Below, piece after piece: positions 1 to 13,700 of a DNA stretch of 64,000 nucleotides; position 1 is the stretch's first letter, and every line of letters starts with the position of its first letter. The DNA comes from Eukaryota sp. TZLM1-RC (taxonomy: Eukaryota; Protista; Metamonada: BaSk clade), in contig JAUPSS010000002.1 of the NCBI GenBank assembly GCA_040285825.1, forward strand, positions 1,922,001 to 1,986,000, written 5' to 3'. The notes beneath the pieces are model-generated. The model saw only the letters and a program-made list of their open reading frames with translations, did not search any database and was not told the origin of the DNA. The position numbers and the translations under genes are program-made.

Positions 1-788
1 TGTGATAGCAGTACGTTTTCTCCCTTGATTAACCTTGGCTTCACGAAGCTTATTGGTATGTGAGACTTGGTATTTGTACTTCTTTACTTCACCAACGGCA
101 GCATCAACAGAGTCTTGCGTACATTGGATAAGAGAGTGTAGGTTAGCGGCATTGACACTGTTTTGGGAAGGCACAGGCTTGGGATTGGTGATAGATTGGT
201 TGATCAAAAACTTTGATAGCCAAACATTGATAAGGCCAGTATTGTGCACAATGACTGGAAGTTCTGTCCACATATCTTGGAAAGAAAGTTCAGTTTGTTT
301 CAATCTAGGATAAGAGAACAGGAAGGTACATACTGAGAAGCCGTAAAAGTGTGATTACCATAATACTCAAAGAACTTGTCAGAGAGCTTGAATGCTTTGA
401 GAATTATTTGTCCATTGACTGCAGAAGCTGGACAAGCAAGAAGGGTGATTCGGTTGTGCATATCCTTTTGATTTTGATATTGGCCTTCCAATGCGCCAAT
501 ATCGAGAAAGGTACCAATAGAAGACCATCGAAAGCTCCCCACAGGAAAAACATCATGATTGGCTTCACGAAGAGCAGGAAGAATTCTTTCATAATAGTCT
601 CGAACATCAGAAGAATGTTGAGACACTAGAGGATAACAATCAGTGACTTCAAGAACGGAATCATTCTCCATTCCTAATAACTGACCATTACAAAGATTGG
701 ATATGGATTCAAGACCATATTTAAGAAGTTTAAGAACTACTTTACCATCTACGCGGACGGACTCGATCGGTGGAGATGAAGGATCCAT
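1..788 (-). CDS. EIF3H: Eukaryotic translation initiation factor 3 subunit H (MPN domain); 29-nt intron at 305-333; 3' end runs off the window
   Basis: VRVDGKVVLKLLK..GQLLG..LEVTDCYP is an MPN signature. Splicing out GTATGT..CTTATCCTAG (305-333) continues as LKQTELSFQDMWTELPVIVHNTGLINVWL, typical of eIF3h. Confidence 0.85.
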
Positions 789-1718
789 TATCAGAAAAAA
801 TGAAATAAATATCCTCATCAACATATAATACGTATTTATTGAATTTCCACACTTAATTCTTTAAAACATACAGTTGCTTGTTTCACAATATTTAAATCGA
901 CATACATCATATGTGTTCACTAGTCATCTACTTCCTTGTAACACGGATAGGAGCAGTCCTTGAATGTTTTTGGTACCATATTGTTTGTATTTTGTAAACA
1001 ACTTCTGAACCATTTGCAACGAAATTGTGTAGAGTCACAACTTATACAAAATTTGTATTTGCTTAATGACGACTAATATTCCCTTAATGACGACTAATTT
1101 CCTTTAAATTGTTGAGTGTTGAATTTGAACATTCATTTGTGTTTCCTGCAATTCTGTTCGACTCAAAATTAATCTTGGAATTAAAAAATCTATTTTCCTG
1201 TTCTTGTATTAGGATTGCATAATGGATTCTGAACAAAGGTTGTGGATAAGAGCAGTTTTTCGATAGTTCAAATAAAATGGATAACAGTTAGTTTGCTTTA
1301 AAGACATAAAGCACAGGTGGAAAGTAAAAAACCAGCATCACAATGATCAATATTTCTTGAGAAATATACTAAAGGTTAGTTGTATACTTTTTTAAATTTT
1401 GATTCAGATTTGAATTTAATCAATTATCACGTACTAGTATTAATAACAAGGAGCAACTATCAAGATAGAGTAACAATGCATCTTGAATCTAAAACAACAA
1501 ACTGCAACACTATTCTTTCTTGGTTTCGTGGTAAAAATTGTCAAAATTTGATTTAGTCTTTTGTGTGGTAGAAGAGCTATCCTATTTGAAAGTTTGTTTA
1601 ACTTTGCTTTGAAGGTTTTGTTTGATACAGATCACCTAGTATGATCTACCGAATATCTGTCGAATACTGAAGAAAGTAATGAAAAACCTTTTGCAGATCA
1701 AAATTTGTTTTTCAGTCG

Positions 1719-2570
1719 TTGTTATTGGAAAAGGATGTTTGTGACAACAAGTCATCAGATTCTTCACTTTTTGTAACCATTGTACCACGAAGATTTGGAC
1801 TGTGTGCTACTAATGAAGCATTTGTAACAAAAATGAGATTATATTTGAATATCCCATTAATCAATTATTATCAAAAGAAAAATGTATTTGTTCGAATTCA
1901 CCTCAACTCACTTTGCGCCATGCTCTGAATTGCTCTAAATTGATAACTTATCGTTCTTCATTATATGATGCTGTTAGAGACACTGTTTTCAAAATGGCAC
2001 AAACTGCAAGGATATCGTGTATCAAAGAGCCGCTGCTGAAGGAAACACTTTCTCTGAATAATTTTGGTTCTGATGATAGAGGTGATGTATACTGTGATTG
2101 GATTGATAATTCTGAAGCTATTGTTGACTTTGTCTCTGTAATGTTGCAAATGATACTTTGGTTCACAGAAGAAAACTTAATCCTGTGGATGCTCTTGATT
2201 TTAAAGCAAGAGAAAAACATAGAAAATATTTCAAAGATATCGAAGAGGCTAATATCGATAGAAATACACAGCTGGTTTTTATTGCTTTCCCATTTTCGAT
2301 AAATGGAAGATTATCAGTTGAAGCAGAAACTTTTTTGAATGACTTCAAAAAATGGTTTAAGAAAAAACAATGAAAAGATTTGATATTTTTTTATGGCGCT
2401 CTCGGATTCAATTTGCCATTATTAATAGATTACTTCGGTTTTTCGACCGAATTAGAGAAGCTTTAGCTACACAGCAAGCAGATCAAGATTTTGTAGAGGA
2501 AATCTTGGTTCAATGATATTCGTCCCATTAGTTATGAATTAATTCAATTAAGTGTGCATGTTCAATAAAT
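1719..2570 (+). mobile_element. Non-LTR (RLE-type) family A unit, copy A1: CCHC knuckle plus restriction-like endonuclease, frameshifted
   Basis: CICSNSPQLTLRHALNC, DAVRD, KEPLL, RGDV..VDFV, KHRKY motifs; near-identical to copies at 23.6, 33.1, 36.6 and 43.5 kb; AATAAAT tail. Confidence 0.85.
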
Positions 2571-3072
2571 GCCATTAACTAAAAACGATTGATAAAAGTA
2601 GTAATTCATTGACAAATCAAAGCAAAAGTTCAAAAGTAAGAACCATAAAAGACAAAAGGCAGATATTTGAGGTGGTGAAAGAAATTGTCACTGAAGAAGA
2701 ATGATTTCCACCAAATTGGGAAACATGCTTTTAACTTTCATTTTATCAACATTGGTTCTCTGCATGCTCACTGGTCTATCCTAACCATGTAGAGCTTCCA
2801 CCTCTACCAGCATATTCGATGATAATTATCACACCATTAGCAATTTATTACACAATAATATAGCTTTGAATAGGAAAAGTGAATTTTCCTCAACCACACC
2901 TATTCTAATGGAATCCAATGCAAAATTTAAAGACGTACTTTGTTGAATTGTGTATGCTGAACAAGAGAAAATGTAAATGAACAGCTGTTATCCATATTGT
3001 CTCCTACCGCCAAAAAACACAGACTTGATTATGCATAAATTTACATAAAAACAAAAAGCGATTTAAAATACA

Positions 3073-3603
3073 CTACAAAAGCAGACCATCAAGTTTTCGT
3101 AGATTAGGCAAACGTTGAGCCAGATCTTGTCTGTATGTTTCTGTTTGCGCAACAGGATTACCCACCAACACCAACTCCTCCAACGGTAATGGTGAGAGTC
3201 TGTCAATCTCTGATAGAGATGAAACAGAGTTGTTACTAATGTACAAAACCTTGAGGTTCTTCAGCTTCTCGATACCAGCCAAACGCTCAATGTTATTGTA
3301 TGATATCCATAGTTGTTCAAGAGATGCGGAAACGGCCTCCAAGTTCTCCAACCTTTTAATTTTATTTCTACCCAACGATAGTATTTTGAGATTACGGAGA
3401 CCTTGAAGGTTACCAATGCGTTCTATTGCATTTGAGGAGAGGGATAGATGTTCACAAGCTACCAATGTATTGATAGATGCATCAAATTTGTCAATTGGTG
3501 GAAGACATCCATTTAATTTGACATGGACAGCTTCAGATGCGACGCATTGGTGCTTTTCTTCAAAATGTTTAATGGCTTCTTTACAAGTAGTAGGTTTAGA
3601 CAT
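3073..3603 (-). CDS. DNAL1: Axonemal outer-arm dynein light chain 1 (LRR)
   Basis: [63 protein letters not shown] matches the LC1 pattern. Confidence 0.93.
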   Translation of the reverse strand: MSKPTTCKEAIKHFEEKHQCVASEAVHVKLNGCLPPIDKFDASINTLVACEHLSLSSNAIERIGNLQGLRNLKILSLGRNKIKRLENLEAVSASLEQLWISYNNIERLAGIEKLKNLKVLYISNNSVSSLSEIDRLSPLPLEELVLVGNPVAQTETYRQDLAQRLPNLRKLDGLLL

Positions 3604-3746
3604 TGTTCACTAGCTTATAGAAGAATTGAAGTTGTGTAAAAGGGGAGAAAAGAAAATGGCCCTTGTCCAGGAAGACCTTTTGTATTGTCATTCTATTTGT
3701 AAACAAATACTATCAGGCTTCTTGACTACTATCCAGTTCGACCTTT

Positions 3747-6548
3747 ATGCCACCACAGCAGCTGGTCTTTTGGTTCAATTCTTTAGAATTTCCTTCTTGT
3801 CTTATAGTTGATGATGTTTTAGATTTAAGTGATGGTGTTGCTGTGTCTGACATTGTCCATCATTATATCGCTCCTCTTTCCTTTGATGATGACCTCATCT
3901 CTCAGTCTGGTACTCCCGCTGCAGCTGAACGATTCCGTGCTTCCTTGGAAGCCATTCATAACACACCATCTCTACTGCGGGATCTTCCACTGGAATTCCG
4001 TGATGTAGATGTCATTTGCTCCTTAGTAGCTGGTGATGACAGACTCTTAACCTCCTTTGGTAATTTTCTGATGGAATCTGTCAATAAATTGAAAACCAAA
4101 AAACTTAAACCAGAAGATCACAACAAGAACTCCTTTTCCCAACCAAGCCGTCTTTCCAAAAGTGGAAAGTCTTTATCAATACCCCCGAAAATCCGAACTA
4201 CTAGTCCTAAACGAATGAAATTGATGAAGAAAGATGAACAAAAGTCTGACGAGGTCAAGAGTGTCAAGAAGATGGCCTCTTTCCAACTCTTACCAGGGGA
4301 TTTCAGGAGGAGTGGCTCTAATGGTAGGAAGGAAGAGGTTAAGAAGGAGGTGAATGATGATGAAAAAATGGTTGAAAAGGTCAAAAATAGTTCAAAAGGA
4401 TTTAATACCGCTAAACGGCGTGGTCAATCAAATAATCAATCAAATAATCAATCAAATGTTCAATCAAATGTTCAATCAAATGTTCAATCAATGACCACTC
4501 TGGACCCATCATTTGATTACTTTTCAGATGGCCCTCAAGTCACCCCACTCACCAACTTCCAAAAGAACTGTATTAATTTTGTCAATCAATCACTGAGACT
4601 TTCCTTGACCATTTCCTGTGTTGAGGATTTTAAGCTTCAGTTTTCTGATGGTGTATTACTCTCTAATTTGGTTGCCAAATTAGAAAAAATCACTCCTAAT
4701 ATTCCCGGCACTGAATCCAATCCAAAGTCCACGGCAGCAAAGTTGGCCAACTTTGAAAGGGCTCTGGCAATTCTAAGAAAAAATAAAAAACTGGACCCAC
4801 TTTTATTGTTTTCAGGGCGGAATTTATTAAATAACTTGGATTCTTTTTTTAAACTGTTGAGTGATTTAAAAAATGTTTATAAAGATAGAAGCATTTCAAG
4901 ACCACGGGCATCATCACGCCGTCAATCAAATCACCAATCAAATCACCAATCAACCTGGCCTTCACGGTCAGTATCTCGGTCAAAAAAGGAAAGTGTCACA
5001 GTAAATAACATTGTTTCTATCAATTTTGATTGGTTGATTGGTCTAAATTTTACCTCAGACAAGGATCCTCAAAATTTAACAGCTGATCCCTACTCCATCT
5101 CGGTGTTGTTCTCCAAAATTTCCAGATTCTTCAGTCCAAGAAAGTCTTCTCCGGCCAAACGTTCGCGGACACTTTTTGGCGCAAGAAAAAGTTTGGCGGA
5201 CTCCTTGGCCGAATTGGAAAGGATCAAGCTCCTGTCAAGGCAAAATATTGAGTTTTCAGATGAAATTTTGGCGGGTGACGACTCTATATTTTGGAAAACA
5301 ATTGATTCGATTAGACTGAGATCACAATCGTTGTCAAGTCGTTCTGTCAAATTGAGATCACCTTCTCCAGTTTCTACACCTTTGTTTTCAAACTCGTTAC
5401 GTGACGAGGAGGTTGTTAACCGTCTTGACACGTGGTTACGTGATAGGGTCATAATCAAACGTCATCAAACAATTAAAACGATTAATTATGACCTATTGGT
5501 GGTCAAATTGGCTCAATCTTTTACTAAAGTTACAGGGCTCATGCACAAGCCATCTACTGAGAATCACAAACGGCATAATAGAATTAGGGTCTTCAAAAGT
5601 CTTCTTTCGGTGATCAAAAGTCCTACTGGAAGGTCAGAATTATCACGTTATCGAGAAGAATTTGTCGATGGTCAGTTTTTGATGTTTTTGGATAGTTTTA
5701 GACGTCTACTTTTGCTGGAGGAACCAAAAGGTAGCCAAAAAAGTACCCTCAATCAATCAAATACACAGTCAAAAACTCAATCAATTAACCAATCAAACAA
5801 GACTTTTTCCTCAAGACTGGTCAAAACTCTGCCAATCAATCACTCAATCAATCACTCCAGTTTAGAGACTTCCTTTGACTTTGATTCGGAAAGTGATTCT
5901 GAACCTTCGACGTTTTCATTACGGAAACCTAATTTGTCGATTTCCATTCCTGACACTAATCTGAGCTCTAACTCCCCATGCCGAAAATTTTCCCCTGTCA
6001 CTTCTACAGGAAGTTTAGTCAGTCATGGTGGTTTTCTTCCATATTCATTGGAGGTTCCTAAAGTGCCAAATAATTCAACACTCAATACAAGTAGCTCGTG
6101 TTTATCAACAGAAGCCCAGAATTTATTCGATTGGTTGACTTCCCTTGACCTTCATTTATCTTCTGCTCTAGCACTAGATGATGATCCCATCTCTGAGATT
6201 GACGGGACCTTTCTCTGTAAGTTGTTGTCAAAGCTAGAAAGGAGAGAGATTGCTGGTTTTCAGTCTGATGCCAGTCATCAAGGAACTAAGCTGTTGAATC
6301 TTCGACTTTTTCTGAGAACATTGGCTTCACTTCCGTGTGCTTCTTCTATCACCCATACAGATGAACATTCTCTTTTTAGAGGAGATCGGGAGGAAGTTAT
6401 TGGTCTTTTGCAAGGTTTGAGGAATAGCTACAAGTTTATAAAAACTGAATCTTTAAGCAGCACACCAATATTGACTACTACTAAAGAAATCAATAGTGCA
6501 AGGTCAAATTCCACATCTGATAGGCTCAGAATGATGATGAATTTTTGA
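3747..6548 (+). CDS. Large multi-calponin-homology (CH) domain protein with Ser/Gln/Asn-rich linkers
   Basis: 933-aa ORF with at least 3 CH-like motifs (WFNSL..DLSDGV; FSDGVLLSNLV..KLANFERAL; WLTSL..DGTFLCKLL..KLLNLRLFL). Start codon uncertain. Confidence 0.65.
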   Translation: MPPQQLVFWFNSLEFPSCLIVDDVLDLSDGVAVSDIVHHYIAPLSFDDDLISQSGTPAAAERFRASLEAIHNTPSLLRDLPLEFRDVDVICSLVAGDDRLLTSFGNFLMESVNKLKTKKLKPEDHNKNSFSQPSRLSKSGKSLSIPPKIRTTSPKRMKLMKKDEQKSDEVKSVKKMASFQLLPGDFRRSGSNGRKEEVKKEVNDDEKMVEKVKNSSKGFNTAKRRGQSNNQSNNQSNVQSNVQSNVQSMTTLDPSFDYFSDGPQVTPLTNFQKNCINFVNQSLRLSLTISCVEDFKLQFSDGVLLSNLVAKLEKITPNIPGTESNPKSTAAKLANFERALAILRKNKKLDPLLLFSGRNLLNNLDSFFKLLSDLKNVYKDRSISRPRASSRRQSNHQSNHQSTWPSRSVSRSKKESVTVNNIVSINFDWLIGLNFTSDKDPQNLTADPYSISVLFSKISRFFSPRKSSPAKRSRTLFGARKSLADSLAELERIKLLSRQNIEFSDEILAGDDSIFWKTIDSIRLRSQSLSSRSVKLRSPSPVSTPLFSNSLRDEEVVNRLDTWLRDRVIIKRHQTIKTINYDLLVVKLAQSFTKVTGLMHKPSTENHKRHNRIRVFKSLLSVIKSPTGRSELSRYREEFVDGQFLMFLDSFRRLLLLEEPKGSQKSTLNQSNTQSKTQSINQSNKTFSSRLVKTLPINHSINHSSLETSFDFDSESDSEPSTFSLRKPNLSISIPDTNLSSNSPCRKFSPVTSTGSLVSHGGFLPYSLEVPKVPNNSTLNTSSSCLSTEAQNLFDWLTSLDLHLSSALALDDDPISEIDGTFLCKLLSKLERREIAGFQSDASHQGTKLLNLRLFLRTLASLPCASSITHTDEHSLFRGDREEVIGLLQGLRNSYKFIKTESLSSTPILTTTKEINSARSNSTSDRLRMMMNF
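4425..4490 (+). repeat. 12-bp coding minisatellite (CAATCAAATAAT/CAATCAAATGTT) encoding QSNN/QSNV
   Basis: About 5.5 tandem units visible directly; a related QSNH repeat lies at ~4923-4952. Confidence 0.85.
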
Positions 6549-6671
6549 TTGATTTTGTATATTTTTTTCTTCATTTTGTATATTAATTTTTAAGATCCAA
6601 ATAAATATTTTTTATTTTAAATTCCACTTATATAGTTCCAAATTATACTAAACGAAACAATTAAACTAAAA

Positions 6672-9600
6672 CTAAAAAACGGAACGAGGGGATTTTTTTA
6701 AATGAGACAGTAGTGCTAAAAGAAGCAAGCAAGACAGTGACGATAGTAAAAATGCCAAGAATATTTGCAAATTCGAATGACGCGATGGTGACGTCACCAA
6801 CAGTTGATGACGTGATGGATGGAGAGTAACAACCACTGGAAAGTTTTTGGATCCATAGTCTTTAATATTGACCAATCTCTCATCCATCATCTCTGGAACT
6901 TTTGGTTTTTGCTTCAACTTGATCTTCTCTCCATGACTAACAATAGTTTTGGGTTCATTCTTAACCCCACTTTCCCCAAACCTGACAACAAAAGTGGCCA
7001 CTTCTTGAGGACGAAGAAAATCAGGCTTACTCATTGAAAATGAACTCAACTTTTCATTGAGGGAATTTACCTTCAAATTAGCGCTTCTTTGTGTAGCAAG
7101 TTCAGTTGAATCACTAAGTTTGAGAACTCCATTTGGTTTGTAGCTAAATTCTGGAAGTTTGTTCAAAGTCAACGATCTTCTCTCAACAAAAGAAGTGGGT
7201 CTAGCAAATAATCCAGGAACTTCTACTGCTGCTCCTTCAAGTGTAGTATAGTCGTAATCACCATTGATTAAAGATGAATCGAGTTCTTCTTCAGTTGGTT
7301 GTATTGAAGGCATAACTCGTAAAACAACTTCATCAGAACGACTTGGAGAAATAGAAAGAATTCTTAAATTATTTGGTAAATACTCAAACAAATGAATTGG
7401 CTCTGACTCTATTAGTTTGTTAGAAAAAAAACAAAGTGGTCTATATTCAAAAATAGAACCAAAAGAGGAATCAAACAGGTAATCACCATCAAAAATTATG
7501 GAAAACTCAACTTTTGAAATACTAGAATCCTTATGACCTTGACCAATTCCTCGCCCATCATCATCCTTAAGGTTTCTCGCCACCATAACTTCAATGTAAT
7601 TGTCCTCAGCTCGGGCTCCAAGTGCCTGGGAATGGTACAATGCCATGGAGGACTTTTCAGAGGTAAGAGCTGAGTATCGAACAGAAGGGAAGTAATCAGC
7701 AGCGATTGAATCAGAATGGGAGCTTCTGAGAACTAATTCAAGTCCATTATCAGTCCAGAAATCAATCTTTTTTGATTGAAAATGATTGGAAGCAAATCGA
7801 ACCACGATTTCCTGGTTTTCTTTGGCTTGAACGGATAGTTCATAATCCAAAGTAATCACGTCATTAATCACGTGACCGATTGACCATTTGATTGCTAGAC
7901 CAGTGTCGAACCAAACAGTTGCAGAAGAACCTAGGCGATTTTCAGAAATAATGGCATATCTTGCTTTCAATTCCAATGTTCTTGGTTCTTCTAATGGACG
8001 GAAAAGGTAAGCACCTGATCTCTTTGTCGAATATTCTAAAATTTGAGAAGAAATGTCGAATTTTTTGCCCTTGATAGTGACAGAGGAAACTTGTCCTGAT
8101 TTGTCCAGTTCAAAATGCGAATTTTGGCCCATTTCGACCGAAACTTGATTAAATTCATGAATGTCTTTAAAATCAATGACGTGATCACCGCTCAAAATTC
8201 CAAAGTTCTTGACCCCCTTCCATAACTCACCAATCTTATTCATTGAGGTTTCTTTTGAGAAAAGAGTCAACTTTCCTGCTTCTTCCATAAAACCATTTCT
8301 CTTGCAGGGAATGAGATCAAGTTGGGTGACCGAGAAGGGCAGTAAATCAATCAGAACAGAAACTGCAACCTGGTCATCAAGTGACGTGTCAGGGCCATCG
8401 AATGAAGCATGATTGATTGCGGGGGTTACTTTGAAATCAAGATGTTCTCCTTTGCTTGAAACAATGTCAAAACAACGAAATTGGTCATCAATAGTCAAGG
8501 AAAAATCAACAAAAGTCTTGGAAACCTTGTCCGGGTTAACAATCACGACTGTAGAGGGGCCAGACAGTTTCAAATTTTTAATGATTGATCCTTCTGTAAT
8601 GACTTCCAAGCCATCAATAACAACTTTTTCAGTTTCCATAATGGCTGAATCTAACCTTCGATGATAATCAATCAGTGTTTGATGACGTGAAGTTCCTGTA
8701 ATCGCATCATGGTGCTGAACAAGAGAAACCGTTCTTCTGGGTTCTTCCAACCTGGTGATCAAATCATCAACTGATTCTGACCTCTTTTTTGACCCTGCCA
8801 ACGCAGCAGTAACATCAGCAACACGTAGTATCGACTCCGAACTTCTGATCTTTTTCTTTAACACTGGCGAGGTGGAGTAATACCCAGTCCAGTATGCGTC
8901 AGCGTTGTCAGAATAAGGGAAGAAATCCCCATTGTATACAGGAAATTCAACTTTTTCTTCCAACACCTTATCTAAATAAATTTCAGGCGTAGACCAATAA
9001 ATGTCAACGTCATCATATCTTTCATTAATGGAGTTCATCAACATCTCCCAGTTTGCGAACTGTTTTTCAGCCTGCTTGAATTTAAAATCATCACCAACTG
9101 GAACCATGACGTGATTTGATGGATAGGCCTTCGCTTGGTTTCTCAGATCACGAAGTAATTGATCTGCTTTCATCACCACATTGTGCCTACTAATCTGCCA
9201 ATGAACGTCTTCAAAATCAAATCCTTTAGGAGCTGAGTAATGCTTATACAAGACATGAGCAAGTGATCTGGAATGTTTCCCTGCACCTCTGGTTCCTTGC
9301 CACAGAAACTCCATCTGTCTCTGTTGGCGAAGTTTCTCCTTTAGTTTGAAATGTATGCGATTAATGATAACCAGCTCAAAGCCAGAATGAGCAGCAAGTG
9401 CCATAGAAGAGGAGGAATGGCCAAAAGGATCCTATTGTTAGCTAAAATTGTTAACAAAAACACACAATTTGCCAAGAAACTCGGATAGGGGACTTGAAGC
9501 CGAGGACATCACGAATCCATTCTTGACCAGTGGTCAGCTGGAGAGCAATGGATTCGGCAGTAGGGGAAGCTTCGTCGTGAGAAACCCAACCCCCCTGCAC

Positions 9601-9897
9601 GAAGGAGAACTGTCCATTATTGACAAGGCGTCTGAAATCTTCCTGGATGGTAGGGGTTTGAGACTCAAACCAACGAGCAAAGAAAGAAATGTCACTGTAA
9701 CAGAAGTGACGGTCAGGGTTGTCTTTGAGGGCTTTATATACATTGTCCAGAATACGAACAACTTGTTGGTTGTAATATTTATCAAAAGTGTCGAGCCAGC
9801 CAGGGTCAGTATGTGTGAAAGGTGTTAAGTGGAAGTGTGTCTTTCCTGCAGCCAACAGGGGCAGCACTACCAAAATAAGAAGTAGAAAGCGACACAT
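6672..9897 (-). CDS. GH38 alpha-mannosidase with signal peptide and C-terminal TM helix; 34-nt intron at 9432-9465
   Basis: THTDPGWL, GGWVSHDEA, SWQI|DPFGH after splicing, GDDF, YWTGYYST, QHHDAITGT, SGAYLFRP, DDGRG. Confidence 0.92.
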
Positions 9898-9959
9898 AAG
9901 TGTAAAAGCTGTAAAGATAACCTGGAAATAAATTTATCAACTTTATTTTGGTAATCCTC

Positions 9960-10330
9960 TTTCAAATGCTGAAAGTTTCAAAATCAAACAATACAATGTA
10001 CCTTTATCCAAATTGTCCAGCCAACAGCATAAAAAATACAAATTGTATCCATTTGTATTTTCTCTATTTGGTTCACCTGCTCCCACAGCTGCAGGTTCTT
10101 TGGCAGATTTTGAAATGATTGTAAAGAGAACTAACAGAAATTTCAACAGATTGTATTGGCAAAATAGAATTGTGTTTTCTATTTTTGAGGGGATGTTGAA
10201 GATGGTGTTTGCTGCTTTGCTTTCTCTTGGATCTCACTATGAGAGAGTTGCATCTAGTTATTTTGTTTTGGGAGAGATGGATTATTTAGATGTTGATTTA
10301 TATGTTTTCAGATAAATAAATAAATAAATT
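9960..10330 (+). mobile_element. 3' fragment of RLE non-LTR family B
   Basis: YKLYPFVFSLFGSPAP..WQNRIVFSIF..DYLDVDL matches the ORF at 44463-45113; (TAAA)n tail. Confidence 0.8.
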
Positions 10331-10782
10331 TCAAAAAAAACTGTATTTTGGTTCAAAATAGTTCAGTCCAATCACAAACTAGTAAACACACTTAAAATTC
10401 TATTTCTTCCTACCCCAAGTCAGGTCATTGTTTCACAATCAGTCCAAACTCTACCAAAAAACATAGGGCGGTGGTTGCAAGTGTACCAAAAAGAGAAAAT
10501 ACAAATGGATACAAATTGTAATTTGCATGCATTTGGGTGGGTAACTTGATTATTGGACTATATTCTTTGTTTGGATTAGAAATTGTTTCTCCAATCTAAT
10601 CCTATAATTGCAATGTTTATTAACAGCTCAATGCCACTTTAAAAACTTTTTTCTTGAAACGTTTCAAGATGGTGTTATTGTACATATTGTTTCATTTACT
10701 ATAATTTTCAGTATAATTTGAGAGTGAAACAATTGCTGTTAGGCACAATAAAACACAAAAAAAAATACATTTATATAAAAAC

Positions 10783-13700
10783 CTAAACTAAATCATCTTC
10801 AACTTGGATCAATAAAGGAGCATTTTCATCAGACAAAGACTCTACCTTCCTTTGATTTCTCCTCCTACTAGCGCCCCATGGTTTGTACAACTTCAACAAG
10901 AGCGTGTTTAGAATCACAGAAACCGATGAGGTTACCATCAATAATGAACCATAAGCAGGATCTAAGCGTACTTTGAACCAAGGATAAAACACTCCTGCGG
11001 CAATAGGAATAAAAGTAATATTATAAATAAACGCCCATACATAGTTCTGGTAAATCTTTCTGACAGTGCGTTTGCAGATTTGAATCATATTGACAATATT
11101 AACTAGGTTATTAGAACAAATTACTGCATCTGCTGCTTCAATCGCAATATCGGTACCATTTCCAATCGCCAATCCAATGTTTGCAATCGATAAAAGTCCA
11201 GAATCATTCAAGCCATCACCCACTGCGAGGACGGAGTGACCTTTTTCTTGGAGTTCAGCAACAATGGTGGTTTTATCTTCTGGCAAACACTTACTATACA
11301 CATTGTTGGGAGAAATGTTGAGCATTGAAGCTACGTGAAGAGCAGGTTCACGTTGATCTCCAGTTAAGAGGAAAACATTAAGCTTCATCTCCAATAGTTT
11401 TTGAATAACCATTTTCGTTTCTTTTCTAAGAGTATCTGCTAATGAAACAAAACCTAAAAATTCACCATTGTGGCCAGCATAAACGTGGGTGCATCCAATA
11501 GAGGATAAGCGATCCAACTGGGGATTAAAAGTTTCTGGAACACTGATATTATTCTCCAGTAAAAATTGGCGAGATCCAATATATGCTTCTTGATCATTAA
11601 TGAGACAGCGAATACCTTTACCTGGAACATTAACCAATTCTGACACCTTGGATTGGACAAATGTATCCTTAAAATGATTTCTTATACCTTTGGCGATAGG
11701 GTGATCGGACTCTCCCTCAGCAAGCATCAATACTTCATCTAACAAAAGACTCTGTCTTTCAGTATGAACCACAGAAAACTCTCCCATTGTGAGCGTGCCT
11801 GTCTTGTCCAAGCAAATGGAATCTATTTTGGCACTTTTTTCCAAAACATCACCAGATTTCACCAAAATACCATTGCTAGCGGCAACTCCACTTCCTGCCA
11901 TGACTGCTGTAGGAGAAGCTAAACCAAGAGCACATGGACAGCTTACCACAAGAACAGCAAGGGAAAACATAAGGGAGTAAACAATAGGGGATTGAGAGAA
12001 CCAATTTGAAGGGATAAAGTCAAATTTCGAAAGTAAAAACCACGCAAGAAAAGTAAAAAGTGAAATTAAAACAACAGTAGGGACAAACCAAGCAGAAATA
12101 CGATCTCCAATCAATTGTAAACGTGGTTTTGATTGCTGAGCTGAAGTAATCATGGAAGCAACACGAGATAAAAAGGAATCTTGACCGACAACAGTCACTT
12201 TGATTACAATTGATTGACCATTTGATTGATTAGTTGAACCCCCAATAACCACATCACCAGGATTCTTTACGATTGGTTTAAATTCACCAGTGACGACAGA
12301 CTCATCCACTTCAGTCGTATTCCTGACAACAACTCCATCAGCAGGAATGGTTCTACCGGGAACAACCAACAGCAAGTCACCTTCCTCAACTAGAGCTATG
12401 GGAACCTCTACTTGACAAACATCGTCACCTTCACCATCAATGACCACAGCCTTCTTTGCCTGAGTGTTAAGAAGGGTGTTGAGGGAGGATGTAGTTGAAG
12501 AAAGAGTCATGGTTTCGAGAGCTTTACCAAATAAAACAAACGTAATTAGAGCTCCTATTGTTTCGTAAAATAATTCAGGATCAGAATCACCATCCCGGCT
12601 AAGATAAAGGGAGATTGTAGAGTAAAACCAAGCTGTGATGACAGCCAAGGAGATTAAACAATCCATATTAGCAGATTTACCATAGAAAAGGCCTTTATAA
12701 GCTTTTTTGAAGAACATGAACCCTGAAGGAGAAAGAGTTAACAAAGTGGCGGAAATTGCAACAATCAATTGTGAAATATTAATATTTTGATAGACTTTAA
12801 TGGTTAGGAAATCCACTTTGTGGCCAAACATTGAAACTGAAAAGATTATTGCAAACATAAACAAGGCAAAGTAGAACTTAAACCAAGTGGATTTAACACT
12901 AGAATTAGAAAAGGATTCAGCAATGTCAGTAGAAACAGTATGGTTAGGTAACAAAGTTTTGATTTCTGCAAATAAGGCTCTAGAATGGAGTTTTTCAAAG
13001 AATACTTGGTAATAATGACTGGGTCTTTCAACTTTCATTACACCATTGACACTGGCTAATAAATCCTGTTGAGAAGAGGTTAAACTAGGGGTAATGGTAA
13101 GCTTGAGTGACTTTGAACCAGATTTGCCTGCATTTGCAGATGTGCAGGCAAAACCAAGTTGCTTAACAGTGTTGATAATTTTACTGATACAGTCACCTTC
13201 ATCCTCCACCTCTTCGTGAAGGTCTACTTTAAGAGATTGAGAGGGGAAAAGAGAGACGGTGAAAGATGCAGGTAAATGAAGAGAATCGAGTGCATTAGTG
13301 ACAGAATTGCTGCATGAAACACATGTAAGACCAGATAGGTGGAACAAGAGCGTGGTTGAGCCATTTGGTTGGTTGGAATCGGCATCATTTTGGGGGTTAG
13401 GGTTAGGGTTAGGGTTTGGTTCTTTGTGCAACGAGTTGTCGGAGTTCTTTTTAGTGGTTTCAGCTAGGGTGACGTGACGTTCAGGTAAGAGTTCAGCAAT
13501 TCCCGAGAGAGTAACAGGCTTAGACGCAGTGATTGTGACCAACTTAGAGGGAATATCTATATCAGTGGTGATTATGTCTGAATGGCCGGATAGTGCAGTA
13601 GTGACCTTTCCAGCACATCCCTGACAACGGAGAGGATCTACTTTGACTTGAAGGATGTATGTTTTGGTCAAAGTAACGGTTCTGGTAGGAAGAAGAGCAC

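Noticed and set aside
880-1100. Possible Tc1-like HTH remnant (minus strand) and a duplicated TTAATGACGACTAAT
   Set aside because: Too short and degenerate to support a call.
13392-13419. (TTAGGG)3 telomere-like tract
   Set aside because: It lies inside the Cu-ATPase CDS, where it encodes a PNPNPNP linker; too short to call an interstitial telomere.
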